Shown here piece after piece: positions 38,380 to 53,100 of a stretch of DNA of 64,000 nucleotides (the first letter of the stretch is position 1; each line of letters opens with the position of its first letter). The stretch lies in the NCBI RefSeq assembly GCF_036588685.1, contig NC_086386.1, positions 18,042,001-18,106,000 on the forward strand. The letters run 5' to 3'. The position numbers and the translations under genes were made by a program. The notes beneath the pieces were generated by a model. It made no database searches. It worked only from the letters and a program-made list of their open reading frames with translations, and was not told the origin of the DNA. Source of the stretch: Mytilus trossulus. Taxonomy: Eukaryota.

Positions 38380-41030
38380 AGGTTGCTTATCTTATAATTA
38401 TCTGGCAGTAATTTATACAACAACCCGTAAAAGGGAGAATTCACCAACACAGCTGGCTTTTTGCCTCCGCATTTCAAAAGTTCCTGAAACGAGGATGCAA
38501 CGGCAGTCAAAGAATTCTATTTCGGTTTCCAACTGTCATTCATTCTTTTTTCCCACGACCGACAATTCGACAAAGTGTCTTATCCACTGAATGCATGGAC
38601 GAAAAAAGAGCAGCTACACAAGGACCAAACGCATTTGATATGTCACGTACAGGAAGCCTTCAAAAGTCTTGATTTTATTCCATAACCTATCCACAATGTG
38701 TTCTACCTAGTTTTGCGATTGAAGCAATTCTTGATACTAGTACATCTGTGATAGTACTAGCTAAAATTACATTTTACAACACTTCGCATCATCATGCCGA
38801 ACATGGACAAACATTCGTGTGTCTGCTTCTTCATGTTAACAAGGGGTAGATAGGAAGTATCCTTATTGAAATCGCAAAGAATATTTTCACCATGATTACA
38901 TGCACATTTTTATAAGTCTCTTTAGAGGCAAATTTTTCAGCAAGAAACTTGAACAATTTCGTTTCGTAGTCATTTTCACAGAGAAAACTACTTGGTATTC
39001 TTTTTCCAAAACCAACACCTTTCATCTGGCACAAAAACCTTGCCTTTGTCTTGTCACAGCCTTGAAATTATTCATTTAGTGAACATCAAATACAATGTCT
39101 ACTCTTGAATACTTATCGATGCAAGATTATATGTAAGGCAGTATGACATTATTTGCATAATCATCAAATAGTTTTGCCCAACTTTGTGACCTGGAATTAA
39201 TTATTGGTGCCCCACCAACGATTAATGCGTCCGAATTTGGATCAGCAAATAGCAGAATGTTTCAAGTAAACCCATTTGCAGCGATTTAATACCACTTTTT
39301 CAAGAAAAATCATGAGATAAAGACGGAGGAGCAGTTTGGTTTTTATGCATAAAGAAATATTCCAAGTAAAACTCTCTATTATTACAAGGAATCTAAGAAA
39401 CTTCCCAATCACTATTGAGGTTCTTTAGCTTTGTTTTTGACAAAGATGTTTCCAGTTTAACTTTGCGTTCAAAATAGGAAGTTTATTTTGTATTTGGTAA
39501 TAAAAAGCAGGTTCTCCTTCGTTTTGCATTTGCTTCAAAAGATCTTCGTATTGTTTGGACCAATATCTTGGAGTTTATTTACATATTTACCTGTTCAACA
39601 ATTTCCTAAATAGAGTATCTTGTTTTTACAAATCTGACGACTCTTCTAGAAATAAATTTCTAAACTCGTTCATCACTTTACAAGCCTTTAAAGCTGTTTA
39701 AAAACATTTTTTTTTGAGTTTTCGTAGAGTCTTCATTAGGCTTCATCTATTACAGGAAGACCCAACCACAAGATCTTTCAAATTCATCTTCTAGTATACT
39801 GACTCCTGGTCCAGTTTCCATTTGTCTAAATAGGATCTTTGGTTAATCCTAAAGGACCGACATCTCCCTTCACAATTGCATTATTCTGTTTTTTGTGTCT
39901 CATCAATTGTGTTATAAGAAAGAAATTTGCTTGTCTTACGTACAGTAAAATTATCATTTTCAAATTCCATTGCCACCTGTGGGTGATGCTCAGGAAGCAA
40001 AGTCATATCATGGAGATGGGTCAGTAACGATCGAGCATAATTTACACGATCAAGACCTAAAACAATACGCTATCGTGCTTTATATGAACTGTTTGTAAAG
40101 TACGAAATCTCACTCATAAAATGAACATAATATCAAAATTAGAAGAAGTTCTTATTTTATAATTGAACGCTAGGAATGAAACTGTGATCGATATGACTCT
40201 ATTTCTTTACACCAGTCTTTTAAATTAATGAACGTCACAAAGTCATGACATAATTATATATTTCGAAATTAAAAGTTTAAGCCAAATACATGAAGTTGTC
40301 TGATGCGCCTGTCAAGTCCTGGGTACATTTGCACATACATAAAAATAATCTGCTGTTCTTGGTGTTGCAATATTGGCTTCAGTAAAACAACACGTGCATC
40401 CCCTATCACGCAATATATTCTCCAGAGTTTTATAACAAGCCATTTCAATGTGCAATCCACCAAACATGACGATAAACCTATCTTCTCTGTACAAGTCAGG
40501 CCATTCCCGGTGAATTTGCTTAGGAATTTCCAATGGTGGCTGATCTGCAGTTACACTTGATGTTTCTCCGGGATTCACCACATTTTCGCCTTATCCATCG
40601 AATACCTGAGAATTGCCTGGTAGTGCATACAAATCGCTCTTGGTGTCTATGAATAGTTTGCACATGAGCAAAAGTGTTAAACACATGTGTGTCATAACCT
40701 TGAAAAATGTTATTAAACCAATTCATAATAAAATTATCATTAGAAATCCAAAAACACTTAATATATAGTTAATAGTTCAAATGTTTTTGAAAGAATTGTG
40801 TAACATTTTCGCGCATGCACAAATACTGGATATGTCAAATATTAATTTTTAATAAATGTGTGATGTAAGGAAGGTATCCGCCAAACCTAATATTTGTTTT
40901 TTACTAAAAGAAGTTCAAAGAAAAGTTTTCCAGAAAAATCAATATTTTCAAACTGAAGAAAACAGCCATTTTAGAAAATGGCCGAGGCCGTCTTGATTTT
41001 TTTTTTTAATGGCCAGCAGTTATTTCTTAA
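38380..41030 (-). mobile_element. Decayed Academ-type (XPG/FEN1-domain) DNA transposon; boundaries approximate
   Basis: Collinear minus-strand fragments: NPGETSSVTADQP..IPKQI..WPD.Y.EDRFIVMFGGLHIEMA (40581-40312), HEEADTRMFVHV (~38835-38800), TDVLV (~38749) and HAFSG*DT...GRGKK (~38560-38505), broken by stops and frameshifts. The superfamily call rests on recalled motifs. Confidence 0.7.
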
Positions 41031-42009
41031 AAAGTATATAATGATGATGCTTTGTGGTAATGTTCATGCTTGTATCATAATTTGCACAATTCCCTCGATT
41101 TTGCTTGCTTATATCTTCCACTAACTTGACTGGTAAGACGGAGTTAAACCATATCTTGTCCTGATCTAGTGTGTTATGGAGTCGTTGTTTCGCTTGAATC
41201 ATCTTATTTGTACCTAGAGTTTGTTCTGATTCCCAAGGATTAATATAGTTGAAAAAGAGCTATGGTCAGATGATATTAATCGAATCAACTATCCACCAAA
41301 GTTCAAATAAAGTCGGATGTAAACAATTAAAGGCAACCGTACGGTCGTGGATAATGAGAACAACCCATACATTACAGTCGGCTTTTAAAGGCCTCGACAT
41401 GACAAATATGAAATTATTCATTTTAGGAAAAACAAATGCGACAGACATGAATCATGGAGTTAGTGACGTCATTAACTGTCGGAGAAAACCCCGTCATAAT
41501 CAAAATATAGGTATCGACAGAATGAAGTACCGTGAATATACATATCTTTAATATTTTTATAGGGAAAAAAACAAAGAATATGTGATGTTCATCCATGACA
41601 CAACATTAGTACATGGACACTAAACAAATCACACACACACAAAGCAAAGCAAAGGAACGACGCTGTTATTGCTGTTCTTCATCTCAAAGTCATAGTGAGG
41701 CCTCAACACAGGGCAAACAACTCCGATTTATGCTAACAGAGAACACAATTAATATTTATACCAACAAAAACAATATTCAACGATCAGTCGGTTGAAATGG
41801 TAACCTTTAAGAAGAAATTTATTTAAAGTTTAGATTGCCACCGGATCGTATCTACATTTTCGGATATGTAAAAATGAAGATGTGCTATTCCGTTTGAAAT
41901 GAGTTTTCTACTTGTACAGTCAAACTTGTTAACACAATCTGTGTATCTATTTGTCTTGTTTTGTCATATTTGGTTTACTATTTGATAGCGTCTCTAGATA
42001 TGCATGTAA

Positions 42010-42316
42010 AGGTGGAGAGTTGAGATCTCACAAACATGTTTAACCCCGCCGCACTTTTGTGCCTGTCCAAAGTCAGGAGCCTCTGGCCTTTGTTAGTCTT
42101 GTATTATTTTGATTTTAGTTTCTTGTAAACAATTTGGAAATCAGTATGGCGTTCATTATCACTGAACTAGTATGTATTTGTTTAGGGGCAAGCTTAAGGA
42201 CGCCTCCGGGTGCAAGTATTTCTCGCTACATTGAAGACCTGTTGGGGACCTTCTGCTGTTGTTTTTTCTATGGTCGGGTTGTTGTCTCTTTGACACATTC
42301 CCCATTCTTAATTTTA
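42010..42316 (+). repeat. Interspersed repeat family 2 (…GGAGCCTCTGGCCTTTGTTAGTC…CAGCTGAAGGACGCCTCCGGGTGC…GACACATTCCCC)
   Basis: Further copies at ~8525-8835, 49728-49915, 56150-56400 and, reversed, 17890-18075. Confidence 0.8.
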
Positions 42317-43670
42317 TGTATAACACATCATGTGATTTGAAACTCAAAACATGATGTCCCAATCGGTTAATCATAATATATTAACGATATAACACTAAAC
42401 ATATGACAATCTTCAAGTAACTTCCCACGTCGATGTTGTCTTTTTGTTTTTTTGTTAGTGATGACTTTATTGCAGCGTTATAAATCTTTGATTGCTGCAG
42501 ATATTGTAGAGAATAATCTACTGGACCAATATACTGTACCCGTCGAATATAGTCCTTATATATATAGTGTGGACAGTGTGTTACTTGCCAATTTTTAATA
42601 CCCCTTCCAAATTTAATTCTCCATTTTTTTGGCCTAAAATAGCAAGATTGGGGGCGAAATGACACTCTTAAAAAAATTCGGTCATGAATTCTAAAGTTAA
42701 GTAGTGATATGGTCCAGCTGAAAAAGGTTAAAAAATTAGCACTTCGGAAGCTGTCAAAAGATTTCAAGACCCCCTAATCCTAAAATTGTTCATATATCGA
42801 GTTACAGCCGATGAAATTTTCTTTATTTTGATATAATTTGTCCTGAAAGTAGTACAACACACTGTAAAAATATTATTGAGAAAACGCAGGTTGGACAGAA
42901 ATGCACTACGAAATAACTGTGTTCTCGGACAAGATGTGTAATGGGATTTTTAGTAAGATGGTAACGGGAGTTACCCCGACATTACGATTCTGTCATTTTT
43001 ATTCATATATTTTCGGCACTCAGTTTGCAAATGAAGTTTTCCACCGTATCTATGAATGAATTAAAATCACAAAAACAGCAATGTGAACATTCTTTAATGC
43101 ATATTATATATAATAACAAGTACATGGATGACACCACAATAGTTTCACACCATCATTTGAATTTCATTAATATAAACTATCTAAAATATAGCTCAAACAT
43201 ACAATGATTTATCAATAAATATCGTTCAATAAAACACATTGATACTAGTAGCTGCAACAAACAAAGCACTTATAACTGAGGCAAATATTCCAGATCTTGT
43301 AAGAAACATCCCTGCTTTGAGAAACATATCTTAATAATTTTATCTGACATTAGAGTTTTGAGAGGAGTGTTTTCTTTTTATTTGCATTACAACGAGTATA
43401 TCAAATAGTTGTCTAAATATAAAATGCTTCCTAATCAAAGCACATTTGAGACGCTAAGAGGATATTAGTTACAAAATGCCAGTAGTTTTTGATCAATTAT
43501 TTTTGTCTTTTGTTTCTCTATTTGGTGTTTAAGTGAGAGAGAAAAAAAAAGCTTGGTTAAGATAAATCGACGAGTCGACTAAAGCTAATTGTACTAATTA
43601 AGTCTTTAGACTGCATTTTTTTTCGGAACAATGAATCTAGATTGCTTGCTATATATTATAATATAGCAGA

Positions 43671-46600
43671 TTAGTAAGGTCTTGCGCAGCCCCGTTTTAA
43701 CATTAAACCGGCGTCATGTAAATATAAAGCTGGCCATACAGCATGTTTGACAACAGTTCCTTTTTTCTTGTAGTATTTAAAAATTGTTGGATCCATAGCA
43801 TCGTCAGGATCTGGCCACCTTAAAATCATCGATGGATCTTGTACACACATGTACCATATGAGTTCTACACATTTGTCTATATAGGAATTCATAGAAACCA
43901 ATGTTTTATAGTTCAGTTCTAATCTCGAAGCTGTAGATTCCTTGAAATACTGAAAATAAAACAAAATATTGTATTTGAAATAATGAATAGTTTGATCTTG
44001 AAGTTGTGATATATATTTGAAATCTGAAGTAGTTAAATCAAATCCTTGATTTGTATACAAAACAATCTATATAAATAATTTGTTTAAACATATATATTTA
44101 CAGTAGATTGGGAAACAAATTATGACAACTTATATTAATCCCTTTACATTTTTCGGGTGCGAGTGTTGACTTGTAGCGGCATTGGCCTGCTCTTTTTCGA
44201 AATCTTCAAGGATGCAAGAAATATTGCTCTCTCTCAACACGGGCCAGTCACTTATCGTCACCTTCTGACGGATAAGCATCGTTTCCTCAAGACCATACTC
44301 TCAAATGGTGTTGAGGGAGTGCTGAAAATCCAGTTCCTGACATTTTCTCCCCGGAACAGGAACCCTTTCAGGAACCTTTGTGTTTGTAGTCCAATGCGTT
44401 AACCACTACACCACGGCACTCCTAAAACTCGTTGGATGTAGTGTAATAAAATGGTTAGCGCAATATGTGCATTGACAATTTTATAATAAAAAAGGGTTTA
44501 ATCTGATGGGTGAATACTCAATACATCATAGTTACAAAAGACAATTATAGATTGCTAAGCACATATTCCTTTTTTCCATCGAAACTAGAATCTTTACACT
44601 TTTTCTTTGCAATATAATGGATCTCGATTTGCTTTAAATTTTCAGGCGAATTGTCAATAATGTGTTTGTTGTTAACTTGCAACATATAACAAATGATTAT
44701 TACCACAAGTTTTTAATATGAAAATATGAGCTATTTTGCAGTTTTGAATAATGTTAAACCAATACCTGTATAACACTAGGAACAGACAATGTAGAACTTG
44801 CTCGCCTGTATTCCTTGGCTAACCGAGTAGCAACTCCTGATGGTAATTGTAGTGGAGACTTATATCCGTGTATCAATGATCCCTGCAACAAAAACAATTA
44901 TTAAACGATTGTCATATATACGAAGACGGGTCTCTTGTGTGATGCGTTTGTTCAACAACACAAAGATTAACAAAATCATTTTTTTTCCCTCAAAATTTCA
45001 AAAAAAGCTTTTCGATGGATCTTGAAATAACGCAAAATGTAACCAAGATTTTCATGGTAGCAATAACAAATAAATAAACATTAGTGAATTTGTTAATAAC
45101 AATATATACAGTTTTTAATATTTACCTTGTCTAAAGAGTAAATATTCTTTTGTCGGACGTTTGGGTGTTCCATTGTATGAATGAGTTCTATTATTTGGTC
45201 CTCAGCTATTTGTTGGCAGAATGGATATGCATACTAAAATGAAAAAAAAAATGAGATGAACTGTAAATGATACCTGTCTCATTGGGGCTACTTACTTTTG
45301 TAATATTAATATGAATGTTGTGGGGGTATAATTACGATGATGTAAAAAGATCTTCCAATGGAAAAGCTGAAATTTTTGCCTTAATGCCACTTTATGCCTG
45401 GCGTGCAAAATAAATCATGATAAAAAAGAATATTCTAACATAATATAGCATTTTTATGGTTCATGTGACACGAGTTCTATCATCAATAAGTTAAACGAGA
45501 GAAAGATAAATATACTAAAACATACTCTTATAACTCTCATCAACTTATATACAATTTCTTCATCGTGGTAGCCTCTGTCTGCCAAATCCTCGTATGCTGC
45601 CTTCCATTCGTTTTCAAACACAAGAGCAAATTTTTCAGCAATGTTGGTAGAATTGACTGTTTCATTGGCGTACTTGAATGTAGGGAACCCGTCATAGATA
45701 TGCTGATTGGCTAAGGCGCTGACCCTGTAATGTATAAGGCGGAGGTACCAATGAAATACTATTGAACTATTGTCTCAAGCTACGTCTCAAATTATAGATG
45801 CGTCAACTTGAAAGATAGGTGTCTCAAAGGTGTAGATGTGTACTTTTGCATTGGTTTCAGAAATTTAACATGCTTTTTATTTATCACTACTGCGTTAATA
45901 CTGTATATGCATATTTTGATGAATATAAATTGTAAAAGAAAAAGGCAGAATAAAGCCTCCTGACTCAAAGTTTTTCGAAATAACAAATAAACTGTACCTG
46001 CTTGTTAACTCTTGAATTGCATTGTCCCGCTTTGTTAGTTCCAGCCTCATTTCATCATATTCATCCGCAGAAACAAATCCATCCTTTCTTATGTATAATG
46101 GAGATTTCTGAGATCTTGCAGTGACTATCATATTTGGAGACTTTGGTGGTGTTGTTGGAGTTAATCTTCCTATTAGACCTATTTTCACTCTTTCTGGATT
46201 TTGACGGTTTTTCTTTAAATGTTTCTAAAAAAGCAGCAATATTGCAGAATGTTGTCAGTGCGAAACCCTTAACATATATTTTTTTTATTGATTTCTCAAA
46301 TCTACAAGACTAAATCATAATATGGCAAGACTGAATCATGATATTGCAATGTATGTTAAAGTTTGCTTGCAAAACGTTTTAGAAAGAAAAGTAATTATCT
46401 AGCCGCATACATAATTATCATGCAGAACTGTGATCAATAACTGAACTGAGTTGTAAGTGTGCAGTCATTGCACACATTACTAGGGATATATATAAGTATT
46501 GCATATTCATATGGTTGAAAAATAAAGTAAATGTGAAAACAACTGCTGGCGTAGATAAATCGGCTGTGGACTGTGTATTGGCAGGACATTTTTCTTATCA

Positions 46601-47367
46601 CGGAATACTAGTTTTAACTTTTGTGTAGACATTTTGCATTTTGTTCGATTTTGCAATCCATATTCTGTGGATATTTATCATTTTGTTTCAATAAACTTAT
46701 TAACGAAATTATTCGTTTCCTATTTTTTAACACTTACATTGTCCCCCTCAAGTTGAACATACAGTTTTTGTATACGTTGCAGTGATATAAATTCAAGCAT
46801 TGCGTTTCTCCATGCTGATCTTCGGTGTCTCTCGGCTGTTTTCAAAACTTGATACAGTTTGCTGACAGACAGAGTTGGGAACTGCGCTTCGCTGACATAA
46901 ACTTTATCATCATTCTTAACCAGGCTTCGAAACTGCATGAAATAGATGAAAAATAAATAGTTCAAGATGATGTCTGACAATAATAAAAAAAATAACTACA
47001 AAGTTCGTTAAAGTCAAATTCTTCAAGAGATTAGGAAATTCATTGGTATTATCACTTTAATTATTCATGATAGATAGTCAAATATTGTGTTCATGTATAT
47101 CAATGACTAGAAGATTTCTGAAAGCATGGTCATATTTCAATTAATCTATTAAAATTCAATTCAACTAACCTGTTCCGGGTACTTTGTATGGAGGAGGTTC
47201 TCCGTCTTTAGGAGGTCAATGTACTCGTATTTAGCAGCATCTAATACATGTTTAGGATAAAACACTTGCATATCCTGTACAACAGTTTCTATATTCAGTC
47301 TCGGTGAATAGTCGGATGACAAGTTGATATACTTGGCCCTCACCGGTACCAACGCCATTGAATACAT
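43671..47367 (-). CDS. G6: MIEAP-like domain protein, N-terminal class B, ~440 aa, 7 coding exons
   Basis: Exons 47367-47170, 46932-46738, 46224-45998, 45724-45526, 45233-45126, 44882-44766, 43949-43671. All GT-AG, open frame of 1323 nt. Motifs IAEKFALVFENEWKAAY, CVELIWYMCVQDPSMILRW, VWPALYLHDAGLMLKRG. Confidence 0.87.
44080..44422 (-). mobile_element. tRNA-headed SINE (central Deu/Nin-like domain, tentative)
   Basis: The minus strand starts GGAGTGCCGTGGTGTAGTGGTTAACGCATTGGACT (A-box, tRNA-like). The body is shared with copies at 6910-7202, 48340-48410 and 61530-61622. Confidence 0.65.
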
Positions 47368-50197
47368 TTATTGACAGCACACTTTGTGAAGCAATCTCTT
47401 TATAATATACATGCATCAGACACACACTGTAGAATAGTCATTGCTTCATTCGTTGCTGCATTATCCGTTTAAATGAAATTTTGTATTTCTGTTGAATATA
47501 TGTAAATACAAGATATATATATAGATTCAAAGAAAAATGAACTATTAGGCAATCAAATTTGGAAGTTCATTTTAGTAAAACATTTTGAATTGAAAGATTT
47601 AATCGTTTGAGCTTTCGCTACCATTACTTCAGTTGTTTATTTTGATGTTTTCTTTAATGTTTTTAAATTTTTATAGCAAACATATTAAATATAAACTCGT
47701 CGAAATTGGCTTTGCATTTACGATGGTCTAATGCCAGACATTATATTTTTAACGCCATTGTTTGTTTTATTTTGTATTAGTTATTATCCCTTTAAATGCA
47801 GTTTCTGCCTTTTTTTGTTGTTGTAATTTTGCCATGGCGTTGTCAGATTATTTTCACAACGATTTATGAGTTTGAATGTATTTTTGTATTCTTAAGCCTC
47901 TCTTCTAAACATAGATTTCGGAGATGTAAGGGTAAAATGTGTTGCTTACCTTTTATTAATATCTTTAAAATTCAATCAGTCGTAATTCAATCTCCAAAAT
48001 CTAAAATATTTGACTTAAATTAAAATGTCCCATTTATTAGTCATTTAGAAACTACTCAACGATACCAATTTCAAACTGCTATTGACTTTCTTTGTTTGAT
48101 ATAAATACTTTTCAGTCTTCCGTATCATTAAACTAAACATTTTAAATGTGTATAAATAATGAATATAACGAAAGGAAATGTCTCTAAAACAAAGAGACAA
48201 TTATATTAAATGCCCAAAAGAAAGAACATTATATCACAATGACTTTTTTCTTTACACTACATATCTTGCCACTTAATATATATAACTGACCTAGTTATAT
48301 TCTCATATTTTAGTGATATTAAAAAAAAAACAATTATTATTAGTTTAAACATATTTATTTATAGTGGATTGGGAAACAAGTTTTGCAACTTATATCAATC
48401 CCTTTCCACATTATTATTAGACTAAAGTAATTGATATTCCAATATTTGCATCCGTGAATAGTAGTTATTTTTTATCACATATGCAGCTATATACTAAAAT
48501 CAGCTTTCCGATGAACTTTCCATCGATCCCTAGTTGGAACGCTTTTTATATGCTAACGAGATTTGTTTTTCTGTAACAGCCCAGATTTATTTTAATAGTA
48601 AGACCCACATCGAACTAATGTTAATGGAACGTTAATCTACTTTGTTTTATCTACCGTATTACTTGTGGACTGATGAGTTAAGCGGATACATGTAAAAGCC
48701 AGGAACCTGATGTTCAGAGGTTGTCGTTTGATTATGTGGTTCATACGTGTTTCTAATTTCTCGTTTTTTATATAGATTAGACAGTTGGTTTTCCTGTTTG
48801 AATGGTTTACTCTAGTCATTTTGGGGGCCTTTATAAGTTCGGTGTTAGCCACTGCTCCTTGTTGAAGGCTGTACTTTGACTTATGATGGTTTATTGGTTT
48901 GATGGTAATTGTGACTTTGATGGATAGTTGTCTCATGGCATTCATAACACATCTTCTTATAACTTAATAGGATAGATATTGGGTTCAAAGTATATGGTCC
49001 GGACCATTCGTTGTACATGTTTATCTACTATCCGAATTTCATTAATGCTGTTGGCCAGATGTGTTGTTGTAACATGGCATATAAGCATGACAGATAACCA
49101 CTGATATGTTACACACGAAGGGTCCCATCAGTGGATCAGGAACTGCTTATTATTTTGGGAACAGTTGGGTTTTTTTTTAAAAGCTTTTTGTTTGGTCTTA
49201 ACTTTTCTGTATGTTGACTTTTTGACAGTTGCTTGGTAGTTTGCCTTTCCGTCTCTTTCTTTTGGAAATTGTGTTGAGATAAAGCCTTGCTTTTTTTTCG
49301 AAATCTTTTTATTTTGTGACAATGTGAGTATTCAGAGTGCAATCGTATTACTCAATTTTTGAAGAAAAGATATAAAGGAACTAATCTAAAGATTACCGAC
49401 TTTCCTAACTTAGCATAATTATAAACATAATTTGATCTATTGTGCATTTAAAATTTCAATTTTTTTTTTGAAGTATTTGTCATTTTCATTAATGAAAATT
49501 CCAAACTAGCAAACCACTGCTCAACTAAAGACATTCATACAGACGATAACATGCCTATTCCACCAATTAACACAGCCAATTAGTTAAGCTTTAGACTAGA
49601 AATGTAGACTCAATCCCAAAGAAATAGAAAATATAGAGAAAAAAAACCACCAATACAAGTAAAGTAACTCGCTTGGAAAAACATCAATCGCTGTTTTTGC
49701 TAATAATATGAATAAATTGCAATAATTCGGAGTTTAGTATGACGTCCATTATCACCGTACTAGTATACATATTTTTCAAGGGGCCAGCTGAAGGACGCCT
49801 ATGGGTGCGGAAGTTTCTCGCTACATTGAAGACCAACTGGTGGCATTCGGTTGTTGTCTTCTCTATGGCCGGGTTGTTGTCGCTTTGAAACATTACCCAT
49901 TTCCTTTCTCGAATTTAATGTCTTTTAAAAAGGTATTACAGTTTGAACGGGAACAATATAAATTGTTTATGGATAAGTCTAAACTTTCTTTAAGATTATT
50001 TGTATACGATATACGAGAAGGTCTCATTATCAAGATAAAATTGCGGCAATTGGTAAAGGAATAGTGACATCTTAAAAATCAAATTTTACATTAAACTTGT
50101 AGTTATAAAGAAATACATTTATAATGAGTTTTTTTCTTGGATGTACGAGGCAAAAATACAATTGTCAAAGTGAGTTAAAAATGTTTTATTGAAGATG

Positions 50198-53100
50198 TTA
50201 CATGGGAACAGCAAATCCTTTACACAGTACTGGTCCTTTGATATGCATTAACACTGCTGGCCATACAGGAAAGTTCACATTGAATCCCTTTCTGTTGTAG
50301 TATTTATACAATGTGGTATCAAATGTTTCTCCTTGCTGAGGCCATTCTAACGACATAGGTGGTTCTTGGTTTAACATTAACCATATGGTTTCTAGACATC
50401 TCTCAGTAAACGTTGATACTTCTGGTGTTTTCAGATGTACTTTATAGTCAGGCAAACTTTCCAATAGTTCATTGAATTTCTGAAAGAGAAATTATAACGT
50501 AAACGAAATATCAGATTCAAACAGGAGCCAAAAAAAAGGGCTGTCTTACTTATTGCCCTCAAAAAGGTTAATAGAGTAAACCTTATACGGAGACTGGTGG
50601 TGTAAAAACTTACTAGTGTTGGACTAAAGCCTTGCATAATACACTAGCTCCTCTATTGTTTTACTGTAGTTTTATTTCAAGACATATTTGATTTGTATGT
50701 GTGTCGATATTTCTTAAATATATACAATTCGTATGTAAACGTGTGTGAACGTAGAAAATGTGTTTCTTCAGTTCTGATTCCTTTTACAAATAATATATAC
50801 CGAAAACCAGTCCATTAAACAATATACACGGTAGATGTATGGTTCCTTCTAACGACATCTCATACTCCAGTAGTTCATTTATGATTGTACAATTTTACTC
50901 GAAAAAAGATATAACTAAAACCTTAAAAATCATTTTGCAAAATTATGTAAATGTATTTTTATGCAATCTTGATCTAGAAAATAATATATATTTGAATTTA
51001 CTAACATCCAATAGATTAGTAATGGTGACTGTACAATGCCGTTTACGGAATAATCTTGCCAGTCGTTCTGCATCAGTATGAAGGATTTTAATGTCGTTTG
51101 CTGACACCTTTCGTTGTACCTAAAATAATACAATAAAACACAAAACTAAATATCAAATTAACCGAATCTAATACGATTTGTCTTTTTTATGTAGTGTTAA
51201 AAAATAACAATAAAGGGAGCCTATAACACTGTGCGGGACAAATTTGCCATTCCGGTATCGGCAAATCTGACTTTGTCGGTTTACAAGATATCAACATCAA
51301 AAATTTGCCCAGTGATAGATTATTGAAAAATTAAAAACATGCCATATGTCCCAACTTGTCACTCTTGTCACTGCAGCTGATTAAAAGTACATTTCCCATG
51401 GGAAATTTGATAATTCCCATGGGAATATTAGAATTTCCCATGGGAACATTGGAAGTTCCCGTGGGAAAAATTACTTTTCCCATGGGAAGTTTAGAGTTCC
51501 CATAGGAACTTTAAAGTTCCCATGGGAACATAAGTAAATTGTTTGTTCTCATGGGAAGTTCTAAATTTCCCAAGGGAATTTTTCTTCCCAGTCTATTCTA
51601 CCCCTTCTCCCAGTCCGAAGTGAACGTGCACCAGTAGGTCCATATTAGTGATTGCCTTAAGTCAGATCCGAACGAGTTTTATCTTTTTCGGAATTTAATG
51701 CTTATTGAAGATCTCATGCTATTAAATACCGTATGTATACATGTTCATTTTTTTACATAAATAAGGTCGTTAGTTTTTCTCGTTTGAATTGTTTTATATT
51801 GTCTTATCGGGGCCTTCTATAGCGGACTATGCGGTATGGGCTTTGCTCATTGTTGAAAGCCGTACGGTGACCTATTGTTGTTAATGTCTGTGTCATTTTA
51901 GTCTTTTGTGGATAGTTGTCTCATTGGCAATCATACCACATCATCTTTTTTATATGTTGACCAATATCGTTTGAGTCCTTGGATGTAACACCTTATTGGT
52001 ATACATCTAATGTATTGTAATGCTTTTGAAGCAACACTTAACTCATTAAATAAAAGCTTACAAAAGAGGTAAACGCTATAATTATGGAATTGAGCATTCC
52101 AAGTATCCATGCAAATGATCCTGGTTGACATATGATTTGTTTTTACATATATATGTAAAGTAGGATCTGCTTAACCTCTTGGAATAACTGCGATCACCCC
52201 GAAGTTTTGGTGGTGTTCATGTTTCTCAGTTTTTAGATTCCTATGTTGTGTTTTGTGAACTATCAATTGTCTTTTTTGTCGTTTTTTTCTTCTTTTTTAG
52301 CCATGCTGTTGTCAGTTTAGTTAATTTTTTACTTATGAGTTTGAACATCACTTTGCTATCTTTCGTCTCTCTTGTAAAGTGTGCCTCCGTCAGTGATATT
52401 TTAATGTATTTAAAAATCTGACATAAGGATGAATAACATTAAAACTCGAACTTACGTTAGAATGTTGAGTTACACAAGGTTGTATAACCTGATCTGTCAT
52501 CAAGCTGGTAATGTTTTCTACTTGTTCAGCAGCTACGGAATTCACCAATTTATAGCATTTCTGTAAATGGAAAAGACAAATAGTTCCTGTATTACTATGG
52601 TATGATGGAATATTCCTTTATTTGTTACGTTAACTATTCAGGAAAATATGAGTATGATTGATTAGTGTTGCAGAATGTTTTAGTAATTTTTTGGGGTTTC
52701 AGTTTGTAAAGCATTGTCAATTGTATTGATTTATCTTGCATTGAACGGTATAGTAGCTTTTGCTATATCCACACATATTTGCTTCACAACAATTTACATT
52801 CAGGCATATTGCAACGAAGCACACAAACCAAAAACCAAAACACACAAAAAAATGTTGACGTCATAAAATAAAATATCTGACGCCACAATGGAAAAGTGAT
52901 TGTTGTATGCGTCAAAAGTTCAAGCGGCCGGGTAAGCCGTGATCAGCGATAAGGTGTATACTAATAATTGAATTGTAGTATAGGAAATCTTTCTGAACAA
53001 ATACTTGAAATGCTACGTCTATACTAATATACTAATATTCATGTTAATGTTTGTGTCATTTTGGTCTTTTGTGGATAGTTGTCTCATTAGCAATCATACC

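Noticed and set aside
42381-42767. 128-aa ORF
   Set aside because: No motif, no splice partners, and it partly overlaps probable repeat sequence.
44350-44422. tRNA gene on the minus strand
   Set aside because: An A-box-like start is present but the T-arm and acceptor stem are degenerate, and it is fused to a multi-copy repeat body; this is a SINE head.
51393-51578. CRISPR-like repeat-spacer appearance
   Set aside because: 12-bp repeats and 8-9 bp spacers are far too short, there are no cas genes, and the context is a eukaryotic intron.
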